Shown piece by piece: positions 10,731 to 21,585 of a stretch of 64,000 nt of DNA. Position numbers and translations under genes: made by a program. Below the pieces are notes generated by a model, which was not told the DNA's origin, ran no database searches, and saw only the letters and a program-made list of their open reading frames with translations. This DNA is from Anaeromyxobacteraceae bacterium. Its GTDB lineage: Bacteria; Myxococcota; Myxococcia; Myxococcales; Anaeromyxobacteraceae. How positions within the stretch are numbered: position 1 is the stretch's first letter; each line of letters starts with the position of its first letter. Location: assembly GCA_047602405.1 (NCBI GenBank), contig JASGHJ010000002.1:1120001-1184000 (forward strand). The letters run 5' to 3'.

Positions 10731-12463
10731 GGGGCGAGCTCGTCCGGATCGCGGGGCCGACGGTGGTGGCGCGCGGGCTGCCCGCCGCGGCGCTCAACGA
10801 GGTGGTCTGGGTGGGCGAGGAGCGGCTGCTCGGCGAGGTGATCCGGGTGGAGGGCGAGCTCGCCACGCTGCAGGTCTACGAGGAGACCGCGGGGCTCGCG
10901 CTCGGCGAGCCCGCCGAGGCCACCGGCGAGCCGCTCGCCGTGGAGCTCGGCCCCGGGCTCCTGGGCGCGATCTTCGACGGCGTGCAGCGCCCGCTCGCCG
11001 CGCTCGCCGAGGAGCAGGGCGAGTGGCTCGGCCGCGGCGTGCGGCTCCCGGCGCTCGATCGCAGGCGGCGCTGGGACTTCGAGCCCGCGGTGAAGGAAGG
11101 CGACGCGCTGCGCGCCGGCCAGCGGCTCGGGACGGCCCGGTCCGCGGGCGCCGAGGAGCCGGTGCTCGCGCCGCCCGACGTCGCGGGCCGGGTGGCGGGC
11201 GTGCGGTCCGGCCCCGCGGCCGTCGAGGAGGGCGTGGTGGCGCTCGAGGACGGCCGCGTGCTGTCGCTCCTGCACCGCTGGCCCGTGCGCCGGCCGCGGC
11301 CCGTCGCCCGCCGCCTCGCGCCCGACGTGCCCTTCCTCACCGGACAGCGGGTCCTCGACTGCTTCTTCCCGGTCTCGGCGGGCGGCACGGCGATGGTCCC
11401 CGGCGGCTTCGGGACCGGGAAGACCGTCCTCGAGCAGAGCCTCGCGAAGTGGGCCGCCGCCGACGTGGTCGTGTACGTGGGCTGCGGCGAGCGCGGCAAC
11501 GAGATGGCCGAGGTCATCGACGAGTTCCCGCGGCTCGTCGACCCCAGGACCGGGGGCGCGCTCCTCGCCCGCACGGTGCTCGTCGTCAACACGTCCAACA
11601 TGCCGGTCGCGGCCCGCGAGGCCTCGATCTACACGGGCTGCACGATCGCCGAGTACTTCCGGGACACGGGGCGCTCGGTCGCGCTCATGATCGACTCCAC
11701 CTCGCGCTGGGCCGAGGCGCTGCGCGAGATCTCGGCGCGCCTCGAGGAGATGCCCGGCGAGGAGGGCTACCCGACCTACCTCGCCTCACGCCTCGCGCGC
11801 TTCTACGAGCGGGCGGGCCGGGCCGAGGTGCTCGGCGGCGGGGACGGCGCGGTCACGATCGTCGGCGCGGTCTCGCCCCCGGGCGGCGACCTCTCCGAGC
11901 CGGTGACGCAGTGCTCGCTCCGCGCCACCGGCGCGCTCTGGGCGCTCTCGGCCGACCTCGCGCACCGCCGCCACTACCCGGCGGTCGACTGGGGCGTCTC
12001 CTTCTCGCTCGAGGCGGAGCGGCTGCGCCCCTGGTTCGAGCGCGCGGGGGGCGAGGGCTTCGGGGCGCTGCGCGACCAGGCGATGGGCCTCCTCCAGCGG
12101 GAGCGCGAGCTCGCGGAGGTGGCGGAGCTCGTCGGCACGGAGTCGCTGCAGGACTCGGAGCGCCTCGTCCTCGAGTCGGCCCGGCTCCTCCGGGAGGGCT
12201 TCCTCCGGCAGAGCGCGCTCCACCCGGCCGACGCCTCGTGCTCGCCCGGCAAGGCGCGCCGGATGCTGGCGGCGTTCCTGGCCGTCCACGGGCGAGCGGA
12301 GGCCGCGGTCTCGGCGGGCGTGCCGCTCCGGTCGATCCTGGAGACCGGCCTGCCGGAGCGGCTGCTCCGGCTCGCCGAGACGGAGGAGGCGGCGGTGGAC
12401 GGCGAGGCGGCCCTGCTCGAGCGCTCGGCCGCGGCGGCGTTCGGGCGGCTGACGGCGGACTGA
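10727..12463 (+). CDS. ntpA: A/V-type ATP synthase subunit A
   Basis: P-loop [43 protein letters not shown]. Confidence 0.97.
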   Translation: MRGELVRIAGPTVVARGLPAAALNEVVWVGEERLLGEVIRVEGELATLQVYEETAGLALGEPAEATGEPLAVELGPGLLGAIFDGVQRPLAALAEEQGEWLGRGVRLPALDRRRRWDFEPAVKEGDALRAGQRLGTARSAGAEEPVLAPPDVAGRVAGVRSGPAAVEEGVVALEDGRVLSLLHRWPVRRPRPVARRLAPDVPFLTGQRVLDCFFPVSAGGTAMVPGGFGTGKTVLEQSLAKWAAADVVVYVGCGERGNEMAEVIDEFPRLVDPRTGGALLARTVLVVNTSNMPVAAREASIYTGCTIAEYFRDTGRSVALMIDSTSRWAEALREISARLEEMPGEEGYPTYLASRLARFYERAGRAEVLGGGDGAVTIVGAVSPPGGDLSEPVTQCSLRATGALWALSADLAHRRHYPAVDWGVSFSLEAERLRPWFERAGGEGFGALRDQAMGLLQRERELAEVAELVGTESLQDSERLVLESARLLREGFLRQSALHPADASCSPGKARRMLAAFLAVHGRAEAAVSAGVPLRSILETGLPERLLRLAETEEAAVDGEAALLERSAAAAFGRLTAD

Positions 12464-12464
12464 G

Positions 12465-13853
12465 GTGACCATGGACCTCGTGACGCGCAGGGTGATGGGG
12501 GCCGAGGCGATCGCGGGGCCGCTCCTGTTCCTCGAGGGCGTGCCGCGGGCCCGGCTCGGCGAGCTCGTGCGGATCCGCGCGGGGCGGGAGGAGCGCAGCG
12601 GCCAGATCATCGAGCTGTCGGGCGCGCGGGTGGCGGTGCAGGTGCTCGAGGACACCCGCGGCCTCGCCCCGGCGCGGGTGGAGGTGACGCTCACCGGCGA
12701 GATCGCGACGCTGGGGGTCTCGCGCGGCATGCTCGGCCGCGTGCTCGACGGGCTGGGTCGGCCGGCCGACGGGCTCCCGGCGCCGCTCGCCGAGGCGCGC
12801 GTCCCCATCCACGGCGCGGCCCTCAACGTCACCCGCCGCGCGAAGCCGTCCGACTTCATCGAGACCGGCGTCTCGGCCATCGACGGCCTGAACACCCTCG
12901 TGCGGGGCCAGAAGCTCCCGATCTTCTCGTGCGCGGGCCTGCCCGCCGGGCGGCTCGCGGCGCAGATCGTGTGCCAGGCGCGGGTCCGCGGCGGCGAGCC
13001 GTTCGCGGTGGTCTTCGCGGCGATGGGCGCGCCGTTCCGCGAGTACGAGGCCTACCTCGCGGCCTTCCGCGAGGCGGAGGTGCTCGACCGGACCGCGGTG
13101 TTCCTCAACCGCGCCGACGACCCGCCCATCGAGCGGCTCATGACGCCCCGCTGCGCGCTCACCTGCGCCGAGCACCTCGCGTTCGCGCACGGCCTCCAGG
13201 TGCTCGTGGTGCTCACCGACATGACCGCCTACTGCGAGGCGCTCCGCGAGGTGGCGCTCGCGCGCGAGGAGGTGCCCGGCCGGCGCGGCTACCCGGGCTA
13301 CATGTACACGGACCTCGCCACGATCTACGAGCGCGCCGGGCGCGTCACCGGCCGGCCCGGCTCGGTGACCCAGCTGCCCATCGTCACGATGCCGGACGAC
13401 GACCTCACGCACCCGATCCCCGACCTCTCCGGCTACATCACCGAGGGCCAGCTCGTCCTCTCCCGCGACCTCGATCGCAAGGGCGTCTACCCGCCCATCG
13501 ACGTGCTGCCCTCGCTCTCGCGCCTCATGGGGCTCGGCGCAGGGGAGGGGCGGACCCGCGCCGACCACCGCCCGGTCGCAGACCAGCTCTACGCGCTCTA
13601 CGCGCGGGGCCGCGACGTCCGGCGCATGTCGGCGATCGTCGGCGCCGCGAACCTCGGCGAGGACGAGCGGCGGCTCCTCGAGTTCGCCGACCGCTTCGAG
13701 CGGGAGCTCGTCGGGCAGGGCGGCGCGTTCCGGTCGATCGAGGAGACGCTCGAGGCCGGCTGGCGGCTCCTCGGGGCCTTCCCGGCCTCGGCGCTCACGC
13801 GCATCCCGGCGAGGGTGCTCGCCGCGCGCGAGCGGCGCGGGGAGGGCGCGTGA
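12465..13853 (+). CDS. ntpB: A/V-type ATP synthase subunit B
   Basis: TLVRGQKLPIFS, EEVPGRRGYPGYMYTDL, THPIPDLSGYITEGQ. Start may be the ATG at 12471. Confidence 0.97.
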   Translation: MTMDLVTRRVMGAEAIAGPLLFLEGVPRARLGELVRIRAGREERSGQIIELSGARVAVQVLEDTRGLAPARVEVTLTGEIATLGVSRGMLGRVLDGLGRPADGLPAPLAEARVPIHGAALNVTRRAKPSDFIETGVSAIDGLNTLVRGQKLPIFSCAGLPAGRLAAQIVCQARVRGGEPFAVVFAAMGAPFREYEAYLAAFREAEVLDRTAVFLNRADDPPIERLMTPRCALTCAEHLAFAHGLQVLVVLTDMTAYCEALREVALAREEVPGRRGYPGYMYTDLATIYERAGRVTGRPGSVTQLPIVTMPDDDLTHPIPDLSGYITEGQLVLSRDLDRKGVYPPIDVLPSLSRLMGLGAGEGRTRADHRPVADQLYALYARGRDVRRMSAIVGAANLGEDERRLLEFADRFERELVGQGGAFRSIEETLEAGWRLLGAFPASALTRIPARVLAARERRGEGA

Positions 13854-14485
13854 GCCGCTCGCCCACCACGCGCTCCGGGCTCCTGGAGCTCCGGTCCCGG
13901 CGCGGGATCGCCACGAAGGGCGCGCACCTCCTGCGCGCGAAGCGCGAGGTGCTCGCCGGCGAGACCTGGAAGCTCATGCGGGAGGTGCTCCGTGGCCGGG
14001 CGAGGCTCGACGAGGTGCTGCGGGAGGCGGTGAAGGCGCTCGCGCTCGCCGGTGGCCTCGACGGCGAACCCGCGCTCGGCTCCCTCGCCCTCCCGGCCGG
14101 GCGCGAGATCCCGGTCCAGGTCACGACCCGGCGGGTGTGGGGCGTGCCCACCCCGGCGATCGACGCGCCGGGGCTCGTGCGCGGCGCGGACGCGCGCGGC
14201 AGCTCACCGGCGGGCTGGAGCCCGCAGGCCGCCGAGGCCGCGCGCCGCCACGAGGAGGCGCTCGAGGTGCTCCTGCGGATCGCGTCCCGGGAGCTCCACC
14301 TCGCCCGGCTCGGGGAGGAGATCCGCGCGACCTCCCGCCGGATCAACGCGCTCGAGCAGCTCGTGCTCCCCGCGCTCGCAGCGGAGGCGGCGCGGGTGGA
14401 GGGCGCCCTCGACGAGCGCGACCGGGAGGACGCGGTCCGGCGCAAGCGCTTCCGGGCGAGACGGAGTCGCGACGGTTCGCCTTGA
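13850..14485 (+). CDS. ntpD: A/V-type ATP synthase subunit D
   Basis: GAHLLRAKREVL, T.RRINALEQ..LP, LDERDRED. The GTG overlaps the subunit B stop. Confidence 0.92.
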   Translation: MSRSPTTRSGLLELRSRRGIATKGAHLLRAKREVLAGETWKLMREVLRGRARLDEVLREAVKALALAGGLDGEPALGSLALPAGREIPVQVTTRRVWGVPTPAIDAPGLVRGADARGSSPAGWSPQAAEAARRHEEALEVLLRIASRELHLARLGEEIRATSRRINALEQLVLPALAAEAARVEGALDERDREDAVRRKRFRARRSRDGSP

Positions 14486-14518
14486 CGCCCACATGCACGC
14501 AGGGTGTATAGGGCATCC

Positions 14519-15157
14519 ATGCGCGCCCTCCTCGCCCTCGTCCTCGCCGCCGTGCCGCTCGCTGCCTCTGCCCAGGCCCACCCCGGCTCGCTGCGGCTCT
14601 CGGGCGGTACCGGCTTCGCCTCCTCGAGCACGAGCTACTCCGCCGAGGGACAGAGCGACGCCCTCACGCTCAAGACCCGGTCGGCCGCGGCCGAGGGGGT
14701 CTACCTCCTGACGCCCTTCGTCGGCGTGGGCGCGAGCCTGCAGTACACGAAGACCACCGCCTCGATCACGGGCCTCGAGGACTCGAGCGACGAGGCCTGG
14801 ACCGCGGGGCCGATGCTCGCCCTCGAGTACCCGCTGGAGCGGGCGGTGCTCCGCGCCGAGGCCGGGTGGATGTGGGGGCACACCTCGGCCGCGGGCTCGG
14901 AGGCGGTCAAGTCGTCGGGGTGGGCCATCGCGGGCGGGGTGGGGTTCCTGCTCGCGCCCTCGCTGTCCGTCGACCTGGGGGTGAAGTACGCGTCGATGGG
15001 GGCGAAGTTCTCCGGCGTCGACGTGACGATGGACACCTTCTCCGCGTCGGTGGGCTTCTCGGTCTACCTCGGCGGCGCGGTGGTGCACGCCGGCGGCGCC
15101 GGCGCGGACACCTCCGGCACCCGCACCACCGGCGCCGGCAACCCCTCGCCCTGGTAG
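14519..15157 (+). CDS. Outer-membrane beta-barrel protein (OmpA/OmpW-like, about 8 strands)
   Basis: Signal peptide (..ASAQA), amphipathic beta strands, ..SVGFSVYL followed by a short tail. Confidence 0.75.
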   Translation: MRALLALVLAAVPLAASAQAHPGSLRLSGGTGFASSSTSYSAEGQSDALTLKTRSAAAEGVYLLTPFVGVGASLQYTKTTASITGLEDSSDEAWTAGPMLALEYPLERAVLRAEAGWMWGHTSAAGSEAVKSSGWAIAGGVGFLLAPSLSVDLGVKYASMGAKFSGVDVTMDTFSASVGFSVYLGGAVVHAGGAGADTSGTRTTGAGNPSPW

Positions 15158-15185
15158 CCCGGCCGCCGCGGCGCGCGGCGCCGCG

Positions 15186-16664
15186 TCAGGCCCGGGCCTT
15201 CGGCACGAGCGAGAGCCCGCGCCGCTTCGCCTCGACCACGGTGCGCACCGCGGCCGTGGCCCGGTCGACCTCCGCCTCGGTGTTGTACAGGTAGAAGCTC
15301 AGCCGGCAGCTCGCCGCCGGCTCGAGCCCGAGCGCGTGGTGCGCGAGCGTCGCGCAGTGGCAGCCCGCGCGCGACTCGACGCCGAGCGCGTCGAGCCCCT
15401 CGGCGAGCTCGAACGGGCTCATGCCCGCGACGTTGAAGGCGACGAGCGCCGTGCGCCGCTCCGCCTGGCGCGGCCCGTAGACGGTGAGGCCGGGCACGCG
15501 GGCGAGCGCGTCGAGGGCCCGCGCGGTGAGCCGGCGGAGGTGCGCGCCGATCCGGTGCATGGCCCGCACGACGTCGCCGTGCTCGATGGGCTCCGGGGCG
15601 CCGAAGCGTGCGCCCGCGGCGCCGTCGAGGGCGAGGTCGAGCAGCAACCGCACCGCCTGGCCGGAGAGGATCGTCCCGAGCACGTTGGGCGTCCCGGCCG
15701 CGAACTTCCAGGGCAGGGCGTTGTAGCCCACGTGCTCCGGGGTCACCTGGCCGTCCGCGATCATGTCGCCGCCGTACAGGAACGGCCGCGCACCCTCGAG
15801 GATCCGCTCGCGCCCGTAGAGCACGCCCACGCCGAACGGGGCGAGGAGCTTGTGGAACGAGAACGAGAGGAAGTCGGCGTCGAGCGCCTGGACGTCGACC
15901 GCGGTGGACGGGACGAGCTGCGCGCCGTCGACGAGGAGGTACGAGCCCGGCGTGCCGTCCGGCTGCACGTACCCGCTCTCCGACGAGATGGCCCGCACGG
16001 TGTGGAGCGGGTTCTTCGTGCCGAAGAAGTTGGACGCGCCGGTGCAGCAGACGAGCTTCGTGCGGGCGTCGACGAGGGAGGCGAGGTGGTCGAGGTCGAG
16101 CTGGCCGGTGGCCGGATCGAAGCGGGCGAGCCGCACCTCCGCCTTGACGCCGAAGCGCGGGAGGAGCTCGCGGACGAGCCCGTACCAGGGCACGTAGTTC
16201 GAGTTGTGCTCCATGAGCGTCGTGACGACGTTGTCCCCGTCGCGCAGCTCGGTCATGAGCATGTACATGACCGCGTTGTGAGCCTCGGTGGTGTTCCGGC
16301 AGCCCACGATGCCGCGGCGGGAGGGCGCGTGGATGAACCGCGCGATGGTGTCGTACGCCTCCTCGAACCGCGCGGTGGTCACCCGCGAGGCCGTCGACTG
16401 CCCGCGGTGGACGTTCTCGTACTCCGGCGCGAGCGCGCCGAGGAGCCGGACGAGCGCGGTCGGCGGCTGGGTGCTCGCCGCGTTGTTCGTCACGATCCGG
16501 CCGTGCGCCGGGAACGCGAAGTGCGCGCGGATCGCGGCGACGTCGAGGCCGTCCGGCGCCGGCGCGCCCGGGAGGTGCACGTGGCGTACGGGCGGCGTCC
16601 GGCCGAGGGCGGGGAGGGCGGGGCGGGTCATCGCGCTCTGGAGGGCGGCGGCGTTCTTCACCAT
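15186..16664 (-). CDS. Class V PLP aminotransferase, SufS/CsdA-like cysteine desulfurase
   Basis: NNAASTQ, EHNSN, VDGAQ, SFHK (PLP lysine), AGTPN, RAGCHCA, R.SFYLYNT. Start may be at 16631. Confidence 0.88.
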   Translation of the reverse strand: MVKNAAALQSAMTRPALPALGRTPPVRHVHLPGAPAPDGLDVAAIRAHFAFPAHGRIVTNNAASTQPPTALVRLLGALAPEYENVHRGQSTASRVTTARFEEAYDTIARFIHAPSRRGIVGCRNTTEAHNAVMYMLMTELRDGDNVVTTLMEHNSNYVPWYGLVRELLPRFGVKAEVRLARFDPATGQLDLDHLASLVDARTKLVCCTGASNFFGTKNPLHTVRAISSESGYVQPDGTPGSYLLVDGAQLVPSTAVDVQALDADFLSFSFHKLLAPFGVGVLYGRERILEGARPFLYGGDMIADGQVTPEHVGYNALPWKFAAGTPNVLGTILSGQAVRLLLDLALDGAAGARFGAPEPIEHGDVVRAMHRIGAHLRRLTARALDALARVPGLTVYGPRQAERRTALVAFNVAGMSPFELAEGLDALGVESRAGCHCATLAHHALGLEPAASCRLSFYLYNTEAEVDRATAAVRTVVEAKRRGLSLVPKARA

Positions 16665-16814
16665 GGGCGCGAGGATGCCGGAGGCGGGGTGGGGAAGGCT
16701 GTGCGCGGGCTCACGCGGCGTGACTCCCGCACGGGTTCGACCACCTGCTCCCGACGGGCGCCGCCGTGATCACCGTCACGCAGCGGGGCCGCCGGACCGG
16801 ACACGGCGACCCAC

Positions 16815-17252
16815 TCAGGACGCGCGCCGCCAGTAGGGCTCGAGCTCGACGGGCAGGCGGTTCCCGAGCTCCTCCGCCTCGGGCTCGCCGAGCTGGGCGC
16901 GGATCGCCGAGAAGACGGCGCGGATGACGCCGGGGACGTCGCCGGGCTCGCCCCCGGGGCGGTCGAGGTCGTCGGCCACGAGGCCCTCGAACTCGTCGGC
17001 GGTCGCGGGCGTGAAGCGCGACGCCGCGTGGCGCTCGCAGGCGGCCAGGCGCTCCTTGAACGGGCTCGGCAACAGCTCGCGCAGCCGGTCCCACGCGGGG
17101 TCGCGCGTCCGGAGGGCGAGGGCGCAGACGACGGCCTGCACCGCGCGGGTCGCGTCCGACCGGCGGGTGAGCCCCGCGCGGGCGAGCGCCTCCACGAGCG
17201 GGCCGTGCGACGCGGAGGCTTCGAGGTCCACGGGGCGGAGGCGGGTGGGCAT
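16815..17252 (-). CDS. DUF2267 family protein
   Basis: A.RAVQAV..AL..R, IRAVFSAIR..L..EAEE...LP.EL..W pattern. Confidence 0.7.
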   Translation of the reverse strand: MPTRLRPVDLEASASHGPLVEALARAGLTRRSDATRAVQAVVCALALRTRDPAWDRLRELLPSPFKERLAACERHAASRFTPATADEFEGLVADDLDRPGGEPGDVPGVIRAVFSAIRAQLGEPEAEELGNRLPVELEPYWRRAS

Positions 17253-17314
17253 CGAGCGCAACCTGGGCACTCGCGCCAGCCCGGGCACCGGCGCCGCCGC
17301 CTCCCCGGCCGCGG

Positions 17315-17794
17315 TCAGCCGACCTCGATCTTTCTCGCGGTGGCCTTCGCGGGGTCCGCGCGCGGCGCTCGCACCTCGAGCACGCCGTCCCTGAACGTGG
17401 CGATCACCTTCTCCACGACGACCTCGGCCGGCAGCCTCACCGTCCGCGTGAACGCGCCCGAGGAGCGCTCGAGCCGGTGGTAGTCCTTCCGCTCGACCTT
17501 CTCCTCCTTCTCCTTCTTGCCGGAGAGGGTGAGGAGGTCGCCGGTGACGTCGACCGTGATCTCCTCGCGCCGCAGGCCGGGCAGTTCCGCCTTCACCACG
17601 ACGTCGCCGCCTTCCGCGAAGACGTCCACGGCCGGCACCCGCATGCCCATCTCGTCGGCCAGGCGAAACATCGGCGCGAACGGGATCCAGCGGTCGAGCA
17701 GCAGGTCGTCCATCCACCGCGGCACCAGCGAGGTAGGCCAGTGAAGGGCGTGCTCCCGGCGCTCCGCCTCCTCCTGCTTCATGAGCTTCGCCAT
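17315..17794 (-). CDS. Hsp20 / alpha-crystallin small heat shock protein
   Basis: PAVDV, AELPG, ERSSGAFTRTVRLP, A.FRDGVLEV. Confidence 0.95.
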   Translation of the reverse strand: MAKLMKQEEAERREHALHWPTSLVPRWMDDLLLDRWIPFAPMFRLADEMGMRVPAVDVFAEGGDVVVKAELPGLRREEITVDVTGDLLTLSGKKEKEEKVERKDYHRLERSSGAFTRTVRLPAEVVVEKVIATFRDGVLEVRAPRADPAKATARKIEVG

Positions 17795-17932
17795 CGTCGG
17801 TCCTTCCCTCGACCCTCCGGCCCGATCCTCGCGCCGCGCGAGGCGTGCCGGCGCGGGCCCGCTTGGGCTTGCGGGCGATTGCCACACGCGCCCGGGCGCT
17901 GCTAGATCGGAAGTACCTCCTCCGGAGTCCCC

Positions 17933-19538
17933 GTGCCCAGCGATCTCGACTACGACTACGCCATCATCGGCTCCGGGTTCGGTGGCTCGGTGTCCGCGCT
18001 CCGCCTCAGCGAGAAGGGCTACAGGGTCGCCGTCCTCGAGATGGGGCGCCGCTGGCGGAAGGAGGACTTCGCCGCCACCAACTGGAACATCCGGAAGTTC
18101 CTCTGGCTGCCGGCGCTCAGGCTCTGGGGCATCCAGCAGAATCACGCTCCTCAAGGGGCTCTTCATCCTCCACGGCGCCGGCGTCGGCGGCGGCAGCCTC
18201 GTGTACGCGAACACGCTGCCCCACCCGCCCGACGAGGCCTTCCAGGACCCGCACTGGCCCGCCGGCCACGACTGGAAGGCGGAGCTCGCCCCGCACTACG
18301 CCGAGGCGCGGCGGATGCTCGGCGCGGTGCCCGCCCCCCGCGTCTTCGCCGCCGATCACCTCCTCAAGGAGGCGGTCGAGGAGGAGACGGGGAGGGGGGC
18401 GACCTTCCGCACCCACGACGTCGCGGTCTTTACCGGCGACCCCGACGTCGAGGTGCCCGACCCCTACTTCGGCGGCGAGGGGCCGCCGCGCACCGGCTGC
18501 AACTACTGCGGCTCGTGCATGACCGGCTGCCGGGTCGGCGCGAAGAACACGCTCGACAAGAACTACCTCTGGCTCGCCGAGCGACGGGGCTGCCGGATCC
18601 TGCCCGAGACGAGGGTCGTCGACGTGCGCCCGGCCCCGGGCGGCGGCTACGAGGTCGTGACCGAGCGCGCCACGGCGTGGTTGCTGAAGCGGCGCCGCAC
18701 GCTGCGGGTCCGCGGGGTGGTGTTCTCGGCGGGCGCCATCGGCACGACGCGCCTCCTCCTCGAGTGCAAGGCGCGCGGGAGCCTGCCGGACCTCTCGCCC
18801 GCGCTGGGCGACTTCGTGCGCACGAACTCGGAGGCGCTCGTGGGCGCGCTCGCGCCGGAGGTGAAGACCGACTTCTCGAACGGCATGGCGATCACCTCGG
18901 GCGTGGACGCCGACGAGCACACGCACATGGAGATCGTCCGCTACGGCCGCGGCCAGGACTTCATGGGCACGATGGTGACCCGGCTCACCTCCGGGGAGCC
19001 CGGGGTGCCGCGCTGGCTGCGCTGGCTCGGCGGCGTGCTGCGCCATCCGCTCGCGACGCTCCGCGCGCACGACGTCCGGGACTGGGCGCGGCGCACGATC
19101 ATCATCCTCGTGATGCAGCCCATCGGCTCGTGGGTGCGGATGCGGCTCGCGTGGCGGCCCTGGGGCCGGACCCTGGTCTCCGACTTCGAGGGCGGGAAGG
19201 CGCCGCCCACGTACCTCCCCATCGCGAACGCGATCGCGAACCGCCTCGCGCGGAAGGTGGACGGGACGCCGGGGAACCTCCTCCTCGAGGTCCTCGGCAA
19301 CCGCTCCTCCACGGCGCACATCCTCGGCGGGGCGATCATGGCCGACGACCCGTCGAAGGGCGTGTGCGACGCGCGGGGCCGGGTGTTCGGCTACGAGGGG
19401 CTCCACGTCGCCGACGGCTCGCTCGTGCCGTCGAACCTCGGCGTGAACCCGTCCCTCACCATCACGGCCCTCTCGGAGCACGTGATGGCGGGGATCGAGG
19501 CGAAGGCGGCGAAGGGAAAGACGGTCGCGGTCGGCTGA
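17933..19538 (+). CDS. GMC oxidoreductase, cholesterol oxidase (ChoD)-like; +1 frameshift near 18140 as sequenced
   Basis: [14 protein letters not shown] (frame of the 17933 ORF) joins [13 protein letters not shown]...C..CG.CM.GC...AKNTL...AHILGG...NPSLTI (frame of the 17781 ORF). Removing one A from CAGAATC fuses them. Confidence 0.88.
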
Positions 19539-19542
19539 CCCG

Positions 19543-20046
19543 CTACTTCGCCGCCACGCTCGCCGTGACCGGCACCTTCTCGATGAGGCACCGGTCGGGG
19601 TTGCACACGCTGAACGCGACCACGCCCGCGAGCGTCGCCTCGCCGGCGGCCTTCGCCGTGAAGGGGAGGGGCGAGGCGACCGCGCAGCTCTCGCCGGGGT
19701 GATCCTTGCAGGCCGTGCGCTCGGCGCCCGCCTGGTTGAGCGGGACCTTCTCGCCGGCGAACGCGACCGTGGACGCCGTGGCGTCGGGGCGGAACGCCAT
19801 CGGGTAGTCCTTGTTCACGTGGTACGGGCCCTTCGCCTTCACGACGACCTTCGCCGTCGCGGGCGCGCCGGGCTTCGCCGCGGCGGGCGGCACGAGCGCG
19901 ACCTCGTAGGTGTCGCCGCTGGCCGACGCCGCCGCCGCAGGCTTCGGCGCCTGGGCGAGGGCCATGGAGGCGTATCCGAGGGCGAGCGCCACGGCGGCGC
20001 CGCAGAGCGCGACGGTCCTGCTCACACGGATCGGCTCAGTTCGCAT
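19543..20046 (-). CDS. Exported protein, DsbD N-terminal (Ig-like) domain-like
   Basis: Signal peptide, YHVNKDYP, C-terminal FSVCNPDRC; coupled to a thioredoxin-like gene. Confidence 0.55.
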   Translation of the reverse strand: MRTEPIRVSRTVALCGAAVALALGYASMALAQAPKPAAAASASGDTYEVALVPPAAAKPGAPATAKVVVKAKGPYHVNKDYPMAFRPDATASTVAFAGEKVPLNQAGAERTACKDHPGESCAVASPLPFTAKAAGEATLAGVVAFSVCNPDRCLIEKVPVTASVAAK

Positions 20047-20650
20047 ACTTCACCCCGCACCCGTAGGCCTTCGTCTCGGCCGTCCTCACCGGGCGGCCGG
20101 CCTGGACGTCGGCGAGCGCGGCCGTCACGTACTCGAGGAGCGCCCCGCCCTGGGGCGAGCCCCGCTCGCCGTCCGGCGAGTTGTCGATCGCGCCCCGGTA
20201 CGCGAGCTTCCCGTCCCTCGCGATGACGAACATGTGGGGCGTGTTGGTGGCGCCGTAGGCCCTGCCGACCTTCCCGTCCTCGTCGAGCAGGATCGGGTGC
20301 GCGAGCGACCACCTCCGCGCGGCCTCGCGGTTCAGCTCCACGCCGTGGCCCTGCTTGCCGGGGGCGGCCGAGTTGACGGCGAGCCAAATCACGTCGCCCT
20401 TCCCGTGCCTCGCGGCGGCGTCGACGAGCGAGCCCTTCGTGTGGGAGGCGACGACGTACGGGCACCCGGGGTTGAACCACTCGAGGACGACGACCTTGCC
20501 CTTCAGGTCGCCGAGCTTGACGGTCTTCCCGTCGAGGTCCTGGAGGGCGAAGTCGGGGGCGGGCTGGCCAATCGCCGCACCGGGGCCGGGGGCCGCAGCG
20601 CGGGCCGGCGCCGACAGGGCGAGGAGGGAGAGGACGGCGAGGTTTCGCAT
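20036..20650 (-). CDS. Exported thioredoxin-fold protein (AhpC/TSA/redoxin family)
   Basis: APDFAL.D, VVLEWFNPGCPYV, YGATNTPHMF, Y.GAID, YGCGVKY. Confidence 0.9.
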   Translation of the reverse strand: MRNLAVLSLLALSAPARAAAPGPGAAIGQPAPDFALQDLDGKTVKLGDLKGKVVVLEWFNPGCPYVVASHTKGSLVDAAARHGKGDVIWLAVNSAAPGKQGHGVELNREAARRWSLAHPILLDEDGKVGRAYGATNTPHMFVIARDGKLAYRGAIDNSPDGERGSPQGGALLEYVTAALADVQAGRPVRTAETKAYGCGVKYAN

Positions 20651-20713
20651 GCCGCCTTCATAACGCGGCGACGCCCCATCCGCGACACCCCGGGATGGGT
20701 TAAGAACCTCCGC

Positions 20714-21208
20714 ATGCTTCCACTCCATCCGCGCCTCGTGCACCTGCCGATCGCCCTCGCCGTCCTCATGCCCCTCGTCACGTCCGGGCTGCTGCTCGCC
20801 TGGTGGCGCGGCTGGCTGCCGCGCCGCGCGTGGGTGGTCGCGGTGGTGCTGCAGGGTGCGCTGGTGGTGGGCGGCATCGCGGCGATCCGCAGCGGCGAGG
20901 GGGACGAGAAGCGGGCCCAGACCGTCGTCACCGAGGCCCAGCTCGAGGAGCACGAGGACGCAGGGAAGGCGCTCACCGGCGCCGGCCTGGTGGTGCTCGC
21001 CCTCGCGGCGGCGGGGCTGCTCGTGAAGGCCGAGGGCGCCGGGAGGGCCGCGGCCGCGGCGGCGGTCGCCGGCTCGCTCGTGGTCCTGCTCCTCGCGTGG
21101 CGCGCGGGCGAGCTCGGCGGCCGGCTCGTCTACGTCCACGGCGGCGCGAGCGCGTGGCGGCCGGTGCCCGGGGCGGCGATGCCCGCCCCGGCGAGGCAAG
21201 GGGAGTGA
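20714..21208 (+). CDS. DUF2231-like membrane protein
   Basis: LHP.LVHLPIAL...HE..G...GG.LVY.HG, 4 TM segments. Confidence 0.75.
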   Translation: MLPLHPRLVHLPIALAVLMPLVTSGLLLAWWRGWLPRRAWVVAVVLQGALVVGGIAAIRSGEGDEKRAQTVVTEAQLEEHEDAGKALTGAGLVVLALAAAGLLVKAEGAGRAAAAAAVAGSLVVLLLAWRAGELGGRLVYVHGGASAWRPVPGAAMPAPARQGE

Positions 21209-21585
21209 GCGTGGCCGACCCGGTCCAGACCGCCGACCTGCCCGCGAAGTTCGCCGCGGTCGGCGAGCACTGGCGCCCGAAGATCGTCGCGGCCCTGAAC
21301 GGCCAGGAGCTCAAGGTCGTGAAGGTGCAGGGCGTCTTCCCGTGGCACCGCCACGCGGACTGCGAGGAGCTGTTCCTCGTCTGGCGCGGGCGGTTCAGGG
21401 TCGAGTTCCGGGACCGCGTCGTCGACATGGGGCCGGGCGAGCTGTGCGTCGTCCCGCGCGGCGTCGAGCACCGGACGGCGGCCGACGCCGAGGCCGAGGT
21501 GGTCATCCTCGAGCCCGCGGGCGTCGTGAACACCGGCGACGCGCCGGCCTCCGGGTTCACGGCGCCGACCGGGGTGAAGCTCTAG
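21205..21585 (+). CDS. Cupin domain protein
   Basis: HWRPKIVA, F.WH.H...ELF, VVPRGVEH. Confidence 0.9.
   Translation: MSVADPVQTADLPAKFAAVGEHWRPKIVAALNGQELKVVKVQGVFPWHRHADCEELFLVWRGRFRVEFRDRVVDMGPGELCVVPRGVEHRTAADAEAEVVILEPAGVVNTGDAPASGFTAPTGVKL

Noticed and set aside
14482..14512. Sigma70 promoter TTGACG...TATAGG before the beta-barrel gene
   Set aside because: The 19-nt spacer is too long to call with confidence.
15186..16664. Encapsulin cargo desulfurase
   Set aside because: No encapsulin gene nearby and no long disordered targeting extension.
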